Positions 27,891 to 42,186 of a stretch of DNA of 64,000 bases are shown piece after piece. The DNA lies in the NCBI GenBank assembly GCA_951406725.2, contig OX597819.1, forward strand, positions 26,288,001-26,352,000, given 5' to 3'. The notes under the pieces are model-generated. The model saw only the letters and a list, made by a program, of their open reading frames with translations. It had not been told where the DNA came from and made no database searches. The DNA comes from Octopus vulgaris. Taxonomy: Eukaryota. Position 1 is the first letter of the stretch. Every line of letters begins with the position of its first letter. The position numbers were made by a program, and so were the translations under genes.

Positions 27891-29513
27891 GTGCAAATAT
27901 AGCATTTATCTGAAGAGCTACTGGCCAATGTTATGCTGAAAACTATGCTATAAAATGCATAGAAACAATTTTAATCTGTTCTCAGTTCACATAAACGTAT
28001 CATCCTAGGCACGCATCAGCTAGAAAGGAGCGAGTGTGGGAGTTTACTGCGCAAATTTTAACCAACAGGCGGTTGGTTGTTGTGATATAGGACTATATTT
28101 ATAGCTAATTCAACAAGGTTGTGTTATAAGAAAGCGTTCGATCCTGACATCCACTCGAGAACATTAGCCTCCCGACATGCTAAATTCAGGGATTGTTCTC
28201 AAAACAGTAAGTGGCCTTGCTTTATTTTTGAGCACCAGTATAGAGTTAAAGAAAAGGAAATGATGATTTTGCATAGGATTAAGATAATTTATCGAAGGAG
28301 TATAGTTCAAGGAAACAACTGCTCTGTAATGTTGGCTATGTTTGCAATGAACACTTATCTTTTCCGTTGAATAAATCTGTAAATCATGTGACTGTTTTAC
28401 AGAAAGCTTGAAGCATTGGTTTTCAAAATATGTATATGAAGTTGTGACTTGCACTAAATATACTACCTTTAAAGTATTCTAATATAAATTTTGGCCAACA
28501 TCAATAATCCTATTTGACTGTAAAACGAAAGAAAAACAATCATCCTAGCATCAACTCAGTCATCACTAGTTACGTATATTTTTTATCTATTGTTAGAATA
28601 AAATGTGCGTCCAATATGCTGTTGTTGTTTTCTCAGAGGTCCCCTTTAAACATGTCTTCAGAAAAATCATTAGGCGAATGTCTTGGTATTGTCTTTATGG
28701 TTATTTCAAACTCGATATATATTTATATATCGTTTTCGTTTCAGCGTGTTATGCTGGTGTGTAGGAATTGCTTTCATTACCCTATGCTTCTACTTATCAC
28801 AAGATTCTCTCCCTCCTCTTCTCTCTTCTCCGGCACCCCTCTCCCTTTCTCTCTCTCTCTCTCTCTCGTTATCTGTGTGTTTCTCTTTCACGTAGGCACA
28901 AGAATCTGACCAGGAGTTAAAATGAACTTGTGGCCCGCTAACTGATATATATTCATTCAGTTCTTTTTATTTCTGAGAAATATAGTGTTTATGTACAAAC
29001 TTTCTGATCTGCAGTAAAATAAAAAAACAAAAACAATATATAACATGAGTAGTATAACATTCTCCAGCTCTACACAGCAACTGTATTGATTATTAGAGTA
29101 AACTTTTACTCCCAGAATGTTGCTTCTCTCTTTTAAGAAGCTCCTTTAAAATATCCCTTGTCAGAAATCCTACAAAACAGCAAGCGAGTTGCTTGGGTGT
29201 TTTAACGCTGCAAGCATCTGGTCAGGTTTCTGATATCAAGATGGCTTCCTCCCTTCCCTCTACAAGTACCGAAGAACCTGTAAAAGGTTACATGTATTAC
29301 CTTCTGTCTTCTCTGAACGTTACAAAACATTATAGTTTCTTTATATGGAAATATTTTTTTCAGAACAGCATGTGACAAGTTTTGCTCTAATTTAGTCAGT
29401 GCGGAGCTTTTTCAATTACCTGTAAAGCAGACACTGAAAGACTGATGGTACTGTTACAGCTAATGCCACTTCTTCAGGTCACACTTCAAGGAAATATGTC
29501 GACGTAGAGTGAA

Positions 29514-29905
29514 CTAGCAGTATCGCCCGAGGTTGCTCGGGTTTGTAAGGGAAATAACTATATAAGCATTTTTAGAGAGTTACTTCCCTTATATAATAGT
29601 AAAAAAATTCATTAAAAATAGAAAAAAATGATGATAATTTTTTTTTAAATCGTAGACTCATCGTAGACATTTTTAGAGAGTTACTTCCCTTATATAATAG
29701 CAAAAAAATGGAAAAAAATGATGGTAAACTTTTTTTAAAATCGTAGACTCATCGTAGAGGCGCGCTAATACCCAGAAGGGCTTGATATGAACCACGACTA
29801 TAAGATACCCGCTTTTGGTTAAACTGTACCGCAAGATGTGCGAGTAGTTAGGAATCTAAATCGTAGGAGACAGACACCACACAACTTCAGTTTTATATAT
29901 ATAGA
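29514..29905 (-). mobile_element. Non-autonomous Helitron
   Basis: Minus strand runs A|TCTATATATATAAAACTG ... cccgagcaacctcgggcgatactgCTAG|T: TC start, subterminal hairpin, CTAG end, A|T insertion site, no TSD. Internal ~100 bp tandem duplication. Confidence 0.9.
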
Positions 29906-30984
29906 TTAGCATCTGGTTTTAATGCTTGCACTAGTGGAGGTGCGTTGCATAGTGGTTAGCGGTTACATTTACGACTGTAAAATTGTGCTTTCGATCCCTG
30001 GACCGAGCAATCCGTTGTGTTCCTGAGAAAGAGTGGGTCTGGTGATAAGCTAGACGGCGTGTGAACTGTTCCGCTCTAAAATATATAAAACTTTGAACAA
30101 ATATTCCCAAATTATAGCCCACGTTACTCATTTCATAACCATTGTCTTTCTTCCAGAATAGTTTAATCGTTTCATCTCAAACCTCATATCATCACCATCA
30201 CCATCAATTTCGCTGCTTTTGTTGATGAGTTGATAAGTAATTGGAGATTCTTATTTATGTACTTAGAGATTCAAAGATATTGTGGTGCTATCTCTGGAGT
30301 ATTGTTTCTATTTGCAATGTTTTCTTGTTCTTACCTCCAACGCTTCTATTATTCGATCATACAGCTCAATACATGCCTATATGCGTTGTTATTTTCTCTT
30401 TCTAAGAAGTTTCAAATAAAGAGACATATCGCCTATTTACATTTATTAAAAGTATAAAACTATGTAGAGCCGCATGCCGTGAGTAAACATGCATTATTTA
30501 ATATCTATGATGCATTAGCTGAATTTTTCATTTAAACGACAAAACATTTCATGGAAACGTTAGAACCTAAATTGTTTTCAGCTAAACTTATGAGTTAAGA
30601 AAATTGATGTAAAATTATATAAGCAATTAAAAAAAAAGCATGTAGGACTTAGGAACGTTAATGGCTTTGTTGTGGTGTTGAATAAGATATACCTTATATA
30701 TTGAAAGCAGAATGTAATAGATTTACTTAATAATGAAACATTCGCCATTTTTATAAATTGCTTCCTATCAATAGAAGGCAATCGTTAATCGCATAGTGAC
30801 GAAATTGTGTTGTTAAATGCTCAAAAATAGTACAAGAAATCATATATTTTATTCTATGTTATACTGAGTCCTAATGACACAGTGTTTCAATCAACAATAC
30901 CTTGCGATTTACGTATTTTTCTTGTAGAAGACCCATACTCTAGAATACCTGGAAAAGTTAAAAATAACCGGCAACAAGGATAAA

Positions 30985-32075
30985 TTATATAAGTTGAAGG
31001 TTCTTCAGAGGAAGGCAGGAAGGCTAATATATTGGATATAGTTGTCAGAGATCAACAAGAAGAATGTGCATTCCAATCGATATATCAACACCAAGAGATG
31101 ACAACATATTCCTAAAAGAAACAGAGAAACTACTCTGAAAATACAAAGATCTGAAAATAGAGGCAACTCGAATGTGAAGCTTAAAAACAGAAACAATCCC
31201 TATAAGAATAGGTGCATCAGGTACGATTAAAAACAAACAGGCAAATACATAACCAAAATGCCAGGACTTATGAATGTATATAACATAAAGAAAATAGCAC
31301 AACAAGGCACCGCACACATTCCAGGTAAAGCACTTTCAATACTGTGAAAATAAGAAGACCACAACAAATTACAAAAGTTGGGCCCTATATACATTGCAAG
31401 CTATGCCAACACTATGAAATAAAACTGAAAAAGGATGGTGTAGGTACACCCCAGAAAGGGTCACATAAAATGAGAAATCAAACATACACTGGGATGTAAC
31501 AATACACAGAGAGAAATCAAGGTTAATAAGCCGGATATAGTTGTCAGATATCACCATGAAAAAATATTTTCTAATCGATCTATTATTACTAACAGATGGC
31601 AATGTTTCTCTGAAAGAAACGGGGAAACTTTCAAACCACAAAGATCTGGAAATAGAGATAATTTGAATGTGGGGCCTAAGAAACACGAATAATTCCTATT
31701 ATAGTGGGGATATTGGGTATGATTAAAAACATTGAGACAGATACACGACAAAAACACCAGAGCTTACAAGTATGTATAACATACAGATAATAGCACTGTT
31801 AGGCACCGCACACATCCTACGTAAAACACTTTTAATACATTGGAACTAAGAGCACCAAAACTAACCACATTACATAACCAAGCCACACGGAGCTGCGCTC
31901 GGTAGTACAATGAAAGCATGACCTGAAGATAAGAGACAGAAACACTCATATGCGCAGCTCAGGAACAAGCGTTAAGGACCAACTATATGAAGTGCATAAT
32001 AGACAACACTACCGATAGAGACAAATGCAGAATTTATGGTGAAAGTGGTGAAACGATATGGCAATCCGTTTTAAA
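30985..32075 (+). mobile_element. Stacked degenerate fragments of an RLE-type non-LTR retrotransposon (R4/Dong-like)
   Basis: Two copies of the restriction-like endonuclease region (..PDIVV..LID..KYKDLEIE..MWG..GALG-like; ~31010-31345 and ~31430-31840). A third fragment ETLICAAQEQALRTNYMKCIID..KCRIYGESGETI resembles the region before the CCHC knuckle. Stops and frameshifts throughout. Confidence 0.78.
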
Positions 32076-35000
32076 CGTGACCTCAACTAATCTCCGTAAT
32101 TTAACAATTCTCAAACACTGGAGAAGTGCATGCGGAATGGCCTCGTCACCTTGCCGATTCGAGATGAATATCTTCCAAAATACACACTTCTGTTTGTGTA
32201 TATGTGCGCATGCGTGTGTCCACATACGCGTGTGCGCTCGCGAGCGTGCAAATTAATTCATTCTTTTGTTTATCCATCTGGTATTATGTCATCTAATTGT
32301 TTCTTAGGTTGACATTTAATGTAATGCAAAAATGCATTGTTTTCAATAACACAGAACATAATGCGTTCTATCAAACTATTCTGGAGCTTTTCTTAATCCA
32401 GTGTCTTATTTGGTTTATCTCTTCTGTATACTGAACTAAATCTATTTTTGCAGAAGCTGCTTAACAACACATTCATTTAAACAAATTAAGATCTAATTGC
32501 AAGATTTATCCGGCAGTCTTGAAAACAAAGTTAGGAAATTTAACAAAACGTCTATCATTGTTGGAGAAAGTTTAATTCTTTTATTGTAGAAAATTATTAT
32601 AAAATTAGGATTTCTGTTTTTACGAGAAATACATAAAAGGAAGTCATGTCAATAAAAATAATCGTTTTCGAAATTATACTGAATGTTATTCGGCCAGTTT
32701 TCACACATAGTCAGAATAACGCATTTATGAATTCCTTCTTTCTATTGTGTTTATTTCTTGTCATACACTGTTGTAGCACCATTGTTTGTTAGTTCCCAGT
32801 TATCTGTTGATTTTACACTTTTATTTTGTTTGTTTATTTTATTATATTATTATCAAAACAATCGTGAATTGTTCGAAATAAACACGGTAAGTTGCTGCAT
32901 ACCATTAGCACTGTGTAACCGATAAGGTGCATGAGAAAAATATTGTAAACGCAGTCGGAGATTGACACGTTTGTTTTCATCTCTTTTAAATCTATTTATT
33001 AATATGTGCATGAATTTACTTCCTAGAATATTCACACTAGGCTATTGAAATTTTTTGTTACATATATATAATGTACAAGATTTTCTGAATACATGCGTCA
33101 CCATTCTAGTGAAGTGTATTTGTCTCGGTGTTCATTATAATTGTAATGTTTGTTTTTAAAGTAAACGTATTACAATACTTTAACTTGACACTCGTCAGGA
33201 TTAAAGTAGCATTATAATAATGGACAATTGTCAAATGTATCAAAACAATGGCTACATAAATTTATTCAATTGCAAAGAATTTCTTTTATTACTTTTGTAA
33301 AATAAGAGAATTGACATTGCCACTGATATTTTCAATTCGCTTTATTTAAAAAAATGAATAATTGTTAGTGAATCCTAATAAAAATAAGATAACATTTTTG
33401 TTTCTTTTTGTATGGTTATTACAAACTACAAACTTAGTTTGTATAGCTAATGAGTATGTTCTAAAATTCTTAAAGAAATTGAAGCGTAAACTTTCAAACA
33501 ATTTCTCTTTGGTATGAGAAAAAGGTATTGTTCTGCCACCAGAACATATCGATAAAAGTAATTTTTATAGAATTTACTAGCAAACAATAGATTGTACGTA
33601 TTTTTAAATATGATCAAAACGAAATTGAGTGTCCTATTGAATAACATACACAAAATATGATGTACAATTTATCGGGTCCTTTTTTAAATAGTATTGTTAC
33701 ATTTGCTACCCCGATTAAAACGTAGTTTTGTAATAGTAATTAATCTATTTAAAATTGAACACTTATCCAAACAATATGACGCGAGGAAAATATATTGAAC
33801 TAATTGTACTACGTAAAGCACACTTAACTTATTAAATTCAAATCTGTAAGTAATTATGCATCAAAACCTTTATTGCAACTCATATGGAGACATAATTAAC
33901 AAAGAGTGAAAGAAGAAACTTTAATATACGCCGTTGATCAATTGTGCATCAATTTCATTGTAAAACTTTAACTTATACAGTAAAGCAGTCATATATACAT
34001 GACGCAGATATTTTACCGAGTAACGGACATCGGTTTTCTTAAGATCAAGTAGTAAGGTGCAGTTTATGACCTTTTACAGAATGTTAGAGGATGATGGGAA
34101 AAACGGTGGATGCTATCTAAAACCAGAGCACCGTTTTCTATGCAGGCATCAGGATGGACTCCAATAAAATCGCTCAATATGCTGGATGGTGAAGCAAAAC
34201 TAGATAACAGATTAAGTCTACAAATGAAGTTCAGCGAGAGAAGGATTTCGACTCAGAACATAAATTCGAAATATAATCAGCGAAACGTTCTATCCAGCGT
34301 TTGAACTAGACTACTAATTCGCTGCTTATAACAACTTAATCATAAAATATAAGAGAATATGTCTGGATGTGTTTAACATCAATGTCACAAAGAGAATTAC
34401 TTTTATTTGAAGCCCAACAATTTATCAGATGCAATCATTCAGCGAACGAGTAGAATCCAAGAATACTTCAAATTGCAGAACATAAACACACATAATTTAG
34501 TTTCTTCTGTAACACTGCTCGAGTATTTTCCATTTATATTTTGTTTCGTAGCATTGTTTCAATTCAAATTATTTGAATATGTATTTAATAACTTTTCATC
34601 TAAAGATGTCTTCGTTTCGCACTTGTAATGATGCATATCTGATAAAGATGTATAAGGTAATTAATTGAAACGTAAACATAACCGTCTATTCAAGAAAACC
34701 ATACCCATAGATAATAATTCAGTTCTAGATTAAATATTCTTTTAACGACCATTTCACTATAAAAGTCAATTTTATGATCATTTCAGTAACGATGATAGCT
34801 ATCAACCAAAAGTGAATTAGCTATTTTCTGCAAGTTTCTCTGTGAATAAACATGTTACATTTTAACCAAATACATATTTCAAACGTGATATTCCCAAACA
34901 ACATTTAGAGTGATAGATAAAACTGATTTTTAAGGGTAATGAAATTTTGAGTGGATAAACCTGCTTTACACCGAGGAAGTGTTAAGCTTTATAAATATTT

Positions 35001-36227
35001 ATAACTTTAATAATTATAAAATGAATTTCAATCAAACTTTTTTAATACTTTTTTTTTTACACGGGTTGTGTAATTTTGGAAGTTATAGTTAACTTTTCTG
35101 AATAGAAAATATTCACTTTTGCATTTCAAACTATAAAATGTTTCCTCAATTCCACTTTATACAATTGTGTATTAGCTTCTTCTTTGATTGATATAGGATT
35201 ATTGGTTAAAAATGTTTTGTTTCTAACATAATTAACCGGCTCATATACATTTCATTATTACGTTGTGTATTTGAAACAATAATGATGAATTCATATCTAC
35301 TTCCCTTTCATTATGTGTACCCCAAATGATTGTTTCCTTTTAAATGCAATTACATGTTTTTTTTCTTTTTTCTCTTCTCACTCTATCTCCTTCTCTCTTT
35401 CATACGTATATATGTATACGCACAGAAACACATATATCTCTCTTCCCTCGCGCGCGCTCTCTCTAAACACACTTTCTCTCTTTACTCTCTCTCTCTCTCT
35501 CTCTCTCTCTCAATCTATCTATCTCTATTTTCCATTGTTCTTCTAAATCACACATTCGATCAAGTCAAGTCAGAACATATGATTTAAATGAATATGTATT
35601 AGCAACCTAATTGCTAAGTGGATGCTTATTGTTTAAAGCCGGTCATGGGATCAAAATGTGTCGTGTTAACAGGCTATTGACCCAAACACATTACCATCGA
35701 GTGGTTTCAGATAGGAACAGCAATAATCAGCCATATATTCTACCACATTAACCACCTTCAGAAATGACAATTGTGGTTTCTTACAATACAGGACAGTTTC
35801 ATAGAATACACATCAGTTACGATTGATTTAAGAAGTTATTCAAATAAATATGATACTAACAGACATTTTCAAAGAATGCTATACTGAGTACACAAGCATA
35901 CTGTGTTTATAAGTTTTGTTCTGCTGTAAGCTCTTGGCACCCATCTTGCACAGGCTTTATGGAAGCCGACCTCATCATTCATGTTGAGAAACATCTGACA
36001 CACCTTCCGACCACAAAAATCGGATCACTGCCCTCTGTTCTTCTTTGGTGCACATTGCTAGTGGAACGGTCCTGCTTACACTGTAAAGCCAGAAAGAGAA
36101 ATTGCTCAAACGTCGACCACGTGACCACAATAGTACCGACTATAAGAACGCATGCTCAGAAGGCAGTATGGCAACGATAAAGACGTTATGGGTGAGTGAA
36201 AGTACGGATAATTTTTTAATCCTCCTC

Positions 36228-36274
<47 letters not shown>

Positions 36275-36278
36275 ATAT

Positions 36279-37351
36279 CTGCTCGAGACATGCGGTGAAA
36301 AGTTTTGGAGAGATCGCATCTCCTTGATTCACTCCCTTCTCGACCGACAGTCGTATGGGTGATGACAGCAGAGCTCTGTCGGTGGTGCATCCGGAATTTG
36401 CCTCCCTGAGCAGTTGCACATATTACGCCTCGACTCCTTGCCTCTGCAGCGAGTTCAGCACTGCGTTGGTTTCGACGCTGTCGACGGCCTTCTCATAATC
36501 TACAAACGCAACACAAAGACTGGCAAGGCGGTGTCAACATCAATGGTGAGCTCCTCACCCACCTCCGTTTCGCTGACGACATCGTAATCATCGCTGAAAC
36601 CACGGATCAGCTTCAGACCATGCTGACGGAGCTTGACATCAAAAGCTCTGCAGTAGGTCTCAAGATGCACCACATGAAAACATTGTTCATGCGGTCAGAC
36701 AACGTACGAATAGGTCGAATGGTGATCGGCAGTGATAAAATAGAGGAGGTAAAGAATATGTCTTCCTGGGACAGGAAGTGAATATGTGCCGAGATATCGA
36801 AAAGGAGATCTCACGGAGAATAAGGGCCGGATGGAAGGCGTTCAATGGCATAAGGGATGTGCTCAAGGGAAGGTTGGACCGGACCACCTGCGCCAACCTC
36901 ATCAACAGCACAGTTCTACCTGCAATGTTATATGTTAGTGAATCGTGTGCTACAACAAAGAGAGAAGAGCAGAGACTGGTAAAGGCTCAAAGAGCCATTG
37001 AAAGATCAGTGCTTGGAATCCCGTTCAGAGAGCACATCAGTAGCGAGGTCATCAGAGAGATGTCCGGCGTGAGGGATATCATCGCAGAATATACACGCAG
37101 CAAGTTTAGATGGGCTGAACACGTCGCCCGGCTCACCGATAATCGGTGGATCTGCGCAGTTGTCGAGTGGTATCCGCGTGAGCGGAAACGACCACTCAGA
37201 ACACCTCCACGACGGTGGGGTTACGATTTCATGAGGACGATTGGGACCACGTAGATGAGTAAGGCGCGATCCAGAGAGGGGTGGACAGAGTCTATGACCA
37301 GCGGTGTCAAATAGACGCCCGACGGACTGGTCGGTCAAGGTGATCAAGGTA
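36279..37351 (+). mobile_element. RTE-clade LINE, 5'-truncated with an inverted 5' segment, inserted in (TA)n
   Basis: Minus 36519-36279 encodes LCVAFVDYEKAVDSV..GVNQGDAISPKLFTACLE. Plus 36521-37254 encodes WQGGVNINGELLTHLRFADDIV..EISRRIRAGWKAF..VLPAMLY..FRWAEHVAR..EWYPRERKRP..PPRRW, with a frameshift. 3' end caaggtgatcaaggt. Confidence 0.92.
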
Positions 37352-37385
<34 letters not shown>

Positions 37386-38399
37386 TTGTATTTGTGTGCC
37401 TGTGGTTATAATATCATGGAGGCTATACCTAATGTTATATGTTACTCTTTTTATTGCAAAATTATTTCTTAATTTTGTCGTTGAATTAAGTAGCATCACA
37501 ATAAGACCTGATGAATCCACACGATGAACCAAAAATCAGACAGTCAAATGCATTTGAAAAAAATGTATGAACTGAATAGGAAAACAGGACGCCTCCTAAT
37601 ATCGAAGCCTGTAAAATATTTCTACCCTCTGGCATGTATCTAGTTTGCTTTGCATGAAGACAACTAATGCTCACAAAGAAGGGCTTGAAGTGACCAAATT
37701 CAATTGCAAAACGTTTGATTCCAAATTTATGGGTCAAGTTTACGTCGTGACCATTATTTCATAATTCCTTGAGACCAATTGTTATTAATACGTTGTGAGA
37801 TTAATGTTCTCGTGTAATAAATCTATAAAATTCAGCAATATTATCTGGAGATGTATTAAAGTTATGCTTCGTTGTCGTACAGTTTATAAGGAAATGTATT
37901 GAAAAAAATGATATTAAGATGTTGAATGAACGACGTCATGTTTTCGAACGACGTCATGAAGAAATGTGTATGAACAAAAGATCTGTGGAGGTTGAATTAA
38001 ATTTCAACCATAGCTTTTTATACTAACATGCACAAGTAATTTGCCTGCAGCATGAAGTAGATATATTCATGATGTAAAGAGATTTTTCCACATTTCTATA
38101 AATTGTTTTTACATCAGCAATTTTTTAGAAAAAAATTAATGCTTTTGTTTACGGGAAATGATTAAGCTTTGTCAAAATATTTTCTTCGTGTAGTGGATAC
38201 ATGAAACGAAATAGTTCAGAAATATTATATAAAAAGTATATGAATTGCTTACGTAAATTATAAATTTCAAATTTTATTTATTCATTACTTTTTTGTGCAT
38301 TTATTTCTGTACATACTTTCAGCAAATATAAGCACGCAAATAGGTTTATTTATATTCATTACAGATAAATTCGTGAGTATTTGATTTTCGAAGTGAAAC

Positions 38400-38434
<35 letters not shown>

Positions 38435-38496
38435 GCGCACAAATATATGTATAATATCATAATAATGCGTTTTGCTCTGTCTATTTTAAACGTAAT

Positions 38497-38541
<45 letters not shown>

Positions 38542-38934
38542 CGCAAACTGTAAAATACGAATAACGACCTGTATAGATGTGTGCCTGCATGTATATTACC
38601 ATAATTGAAAAGCTAGTATGCGCTTGCGCTCAATGCACATAGCCGATGATGAAATCCATATAATCCATATTATATACTGATTCGGTTGATAGATAATTCA
38701 AATATTTATTATTATCCTGGATAATGTATTTTATATTCTACTTATTGAATGAACATATTGCCTACGAATGAAAATAGGCGCACAAAAGCATACAGTTTAA
38801 TGTTTTTGTGTTTCTACAATTGACATAAGAAAAATAAACATAAATTTTGAAAGATGTAATAGTGATACATATAGACTATGGCTGTTTACTTCTTTGTAAT
38901 AATATTTACATATGGTAACATATTTAGCTTCCAT

Positions 38935-39480
38935 TAGTAAGGCGATAAAAGTCCTGACTTGGTGAAGCAGGAGAGAATTTCCTTAGATCAAACACTTTAG
39001 AAATCCTTATGAAACGTCCACCTAAAATGCATTAGAATTATCATTATCCCAAATCATTTTATTATTATTGATTTATAGGTGTACTGTTGAGAGAGCTATG
39101 AGTTGGAAAAGAGACATTCAATCATGGCCTCCAGCAGATAAACAATAGTAATTTCTTAAAGAATATTGTCTGTACTATGTCTTATAACAAAATGAATATC
39201 AGGCTACGACATAAGGACTATTTAATGAACAATATTAGACAATTTAATTAAGAGAATTTCTTCCCGAGTGATTGTTGATGAAACAATTTGTTAGGCTATT
39301 ACGTACTCGTGGTTAAATTTATCAGCAAGAAACCAGGCTATTGGAAAATTTGGTTGATCATTGTCAGATATGTACCATGTACAGATATGGCATTCTCCAG
39401 CTTCCACTTATTCGGCCGAATGAAATACACGCTTCAGTACAACGATTTAATGACTCGGTCAAGTTGAAGGTGGTGTTTTG
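38935..39480 (+). mobile_element. Highly decayed mariner remnant
   Basis: ..PCTDMAFSSFHLFGRMK..RFND (~39375-39455) resembles the mariner motif YSPDLAPSDFHLF..LK..RF; TIR-like aaaagtcctgactt at ~38947. Confidence 0.4.
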
Positions 39481-42186
39481 CTTTTAATATTTTCTGTAAT
39501 TCTTTCCCAGTCCGTCCATGATTTCTGATAATCTTCTGTTGGTCTTTATTATCCGTATATAAAGCATTGACTCATACACACGCACGTGTGTGTATAAATG
39601 GGAAACAGGGAAAGAGAAAGAGGGAAAGAGAGAGAGATATTGTAGATATTCTCATTAGAGCATTTAAATATGATTGCCTTTGGGCTTATGCCTTTGTGTA
39701 TATGAATCTATATATTATTGTTTGTATGTAATGCGATGTTTAAATTGTCCTGAAAGCATAACGGAATATATATCGTTTTATTCACCTAGAGCGCCTATTG
39801 TGTATGTACTATATATATATATACACTATTATACTATCACCCTATGACATTTCATGTACTTTACATGTGTGTCTATTTGATAGACACTTTTTAAACGTAG
39901 GAACTTATATCATATGACCTGAGATGTGTTCTTTTATAAAAATAAATATTTTAAACCGCATGCACATAAATTACTTTTCTAATTTTGAAGATATTTATTC
40001 GTATATGTATATGATGCGGCTATAACATGCATTTGATTTTGCATTTAGAGAGAATTAGGGAAAGAGAAAATAAGATCACGATCGTGAAATAGAGAGAGAA
40101 GGAGAAAGAGAGAGGTAGCATAACTAGGATGAGGGGGAGAGGTTGTCATTGTGAATAGTTTCAATCACATCTGCCAGAGGAGAATTGGAAGGAGATGGTA
40201 TTTACTCACAGACAAAGAAAGGAAGAATGTACAAACTGCCGGAAATAGAGAATGATTGAAGAAATATAGTGAATGAAGATAGGCAGAAATAGGCCGGAAA
40301 GAAATAAAAAACAATTTGGCAGTGATATTTTATACATAGATATACTGACAACATATAACGGAAGTCATCTAAACACAAAAACAAACACTTTGCATATCAT
40401 ACGGAGAAGGGTTATATATATAATGAAGTGAGAAGAGAAAGAAGAAATGAAGATATATGATTTGGATGTTAATAATGATAAAGTAAGACAGCTTCTCTTC
40501 AGTTGCTAAGATAACTGCCAAGCTTGTCAACAAAATTGTCTTTTGGGATGTATGAATACTGTGAGTGCTGACATGTTCAATAACAAAACGTAAAATGGCT
40601 GACACTGTTTCCACGGAAACAGTTTTTCAGCTCGGCGATGTTTCACATTTGGAATTGAATAATATGGCGCGAAAAAGATATTCTATCATTAACTGGTATT
40701 AAAAAGGATTTATCTTCATAAACAAAAGTGGTAAAATTGAGTATTGGACAACTCATTTCTGTATTTGTATCTTTTGCATATTATTATAATTCTTTGTATT
40801 CACAAGCAAATTTTTTTTCATTCTGTTACTTTTGTTACTTGGTTTCGATGTTTTCTCATTCGCCTTCCACTCCTCTCTTCTCATTTTGCTCACTCACTGT
40901 GTCTCTCTCTTTCATTCTTTCTCTCTCTCTCGCTCTCTCTCTCTCTCCCTATCTCCCTCTCTCTCTCTCTCTATTTATTTTATCTCACTTTTGAAGATTT
41001 GCTTGTATTATATTCCAAGGAAAATTTTGTTATTCTAACATTTCTCTTGGAGAGATTTAATTTGTTTTGGATTTGTTGCTTGCGACTGATGTGTCATTTT
41101 AAATGTTAGATTCCTTAAATGTGCCATTTTATTGCATTTCCCTTTTTGTATTTGATCATAAATATCATTTTATTTTACATCTATTAAAGCCTATTTCGTA
41201 GTACGTTGTAGCATCATAATTTCTGAGGAAAGGGCGAAATTTGAGGAGTAGGTATGGAGAAAGTTATCCCCTTTCCAAGCGGTATGAAAGGAATATGTGA
41301 AATACTCTTCAATCATAAACCTCGTCAGCTATCCACACAAAAAAAAACAGGTGAGCCGTGTCTAACATAAGAATCTGCTACCAGTGTACTCCCAGTTGTG
41401 TATAAAGTTCATTACATGACACTTTCAGGTATAATGTGAGAAGTGTGAATCGTTGTCGTGATAAAACTATATTTTATCTACTGGACATGGTGACTATTAG
41501 TTTCGGATGGGTTTTAGTTTAAGAGGGTTTATCCGCGTTATGTGAGTTGAGCACTGACCTGCTTTATATTAACATGCCTTTTGAAACTCTTGCAACTTAC
41601 GACTTGTTCCATATTGATATTCTCCTTTATCATTATCCATCTATTAATGTCATTGTTAATTTCACATTTGTTTTCAACATTGTGACTTTATTTTCTGCTT
41701 GCCCCATTATTCCTTTTATGACTTCTATAACTTGTTGTTTCAGGTTATGAAATCTTAACCATGCCGTGCTCAAAAATATCTTTTACTTCTCTTCATTGTT
41801 CAGAGAGATGACACTTAATTACTCTTTCAATAGCGTAAAATAATTGATCCATATTTCATGTAGATAGTATATCAAGCTAGATCAGGTAAGTTTAATAAAG
41901 AAATTTTGAGCTCAATAGTGAGAGACAATAACATGTTTCGTAGTGTTAGTGTGTTACTGCTGTCGAAAATACTGAAATACATCAATCGACGGCACTATAA
42001 TACGGCAAGATGGACGACGTAGCAGTGATATAACTCTATTATCAACTACTCGTTTAATATAAACGCCATCGATACTGAATTTTTTGTTGAATCATTTATT
42101 GAATAGTCTCTATTCACATGATGATTCCCCGTCTCCTATCTTTTTGTTATCAATGGAGAGCAATATTCAATATAACATCCAAATTT

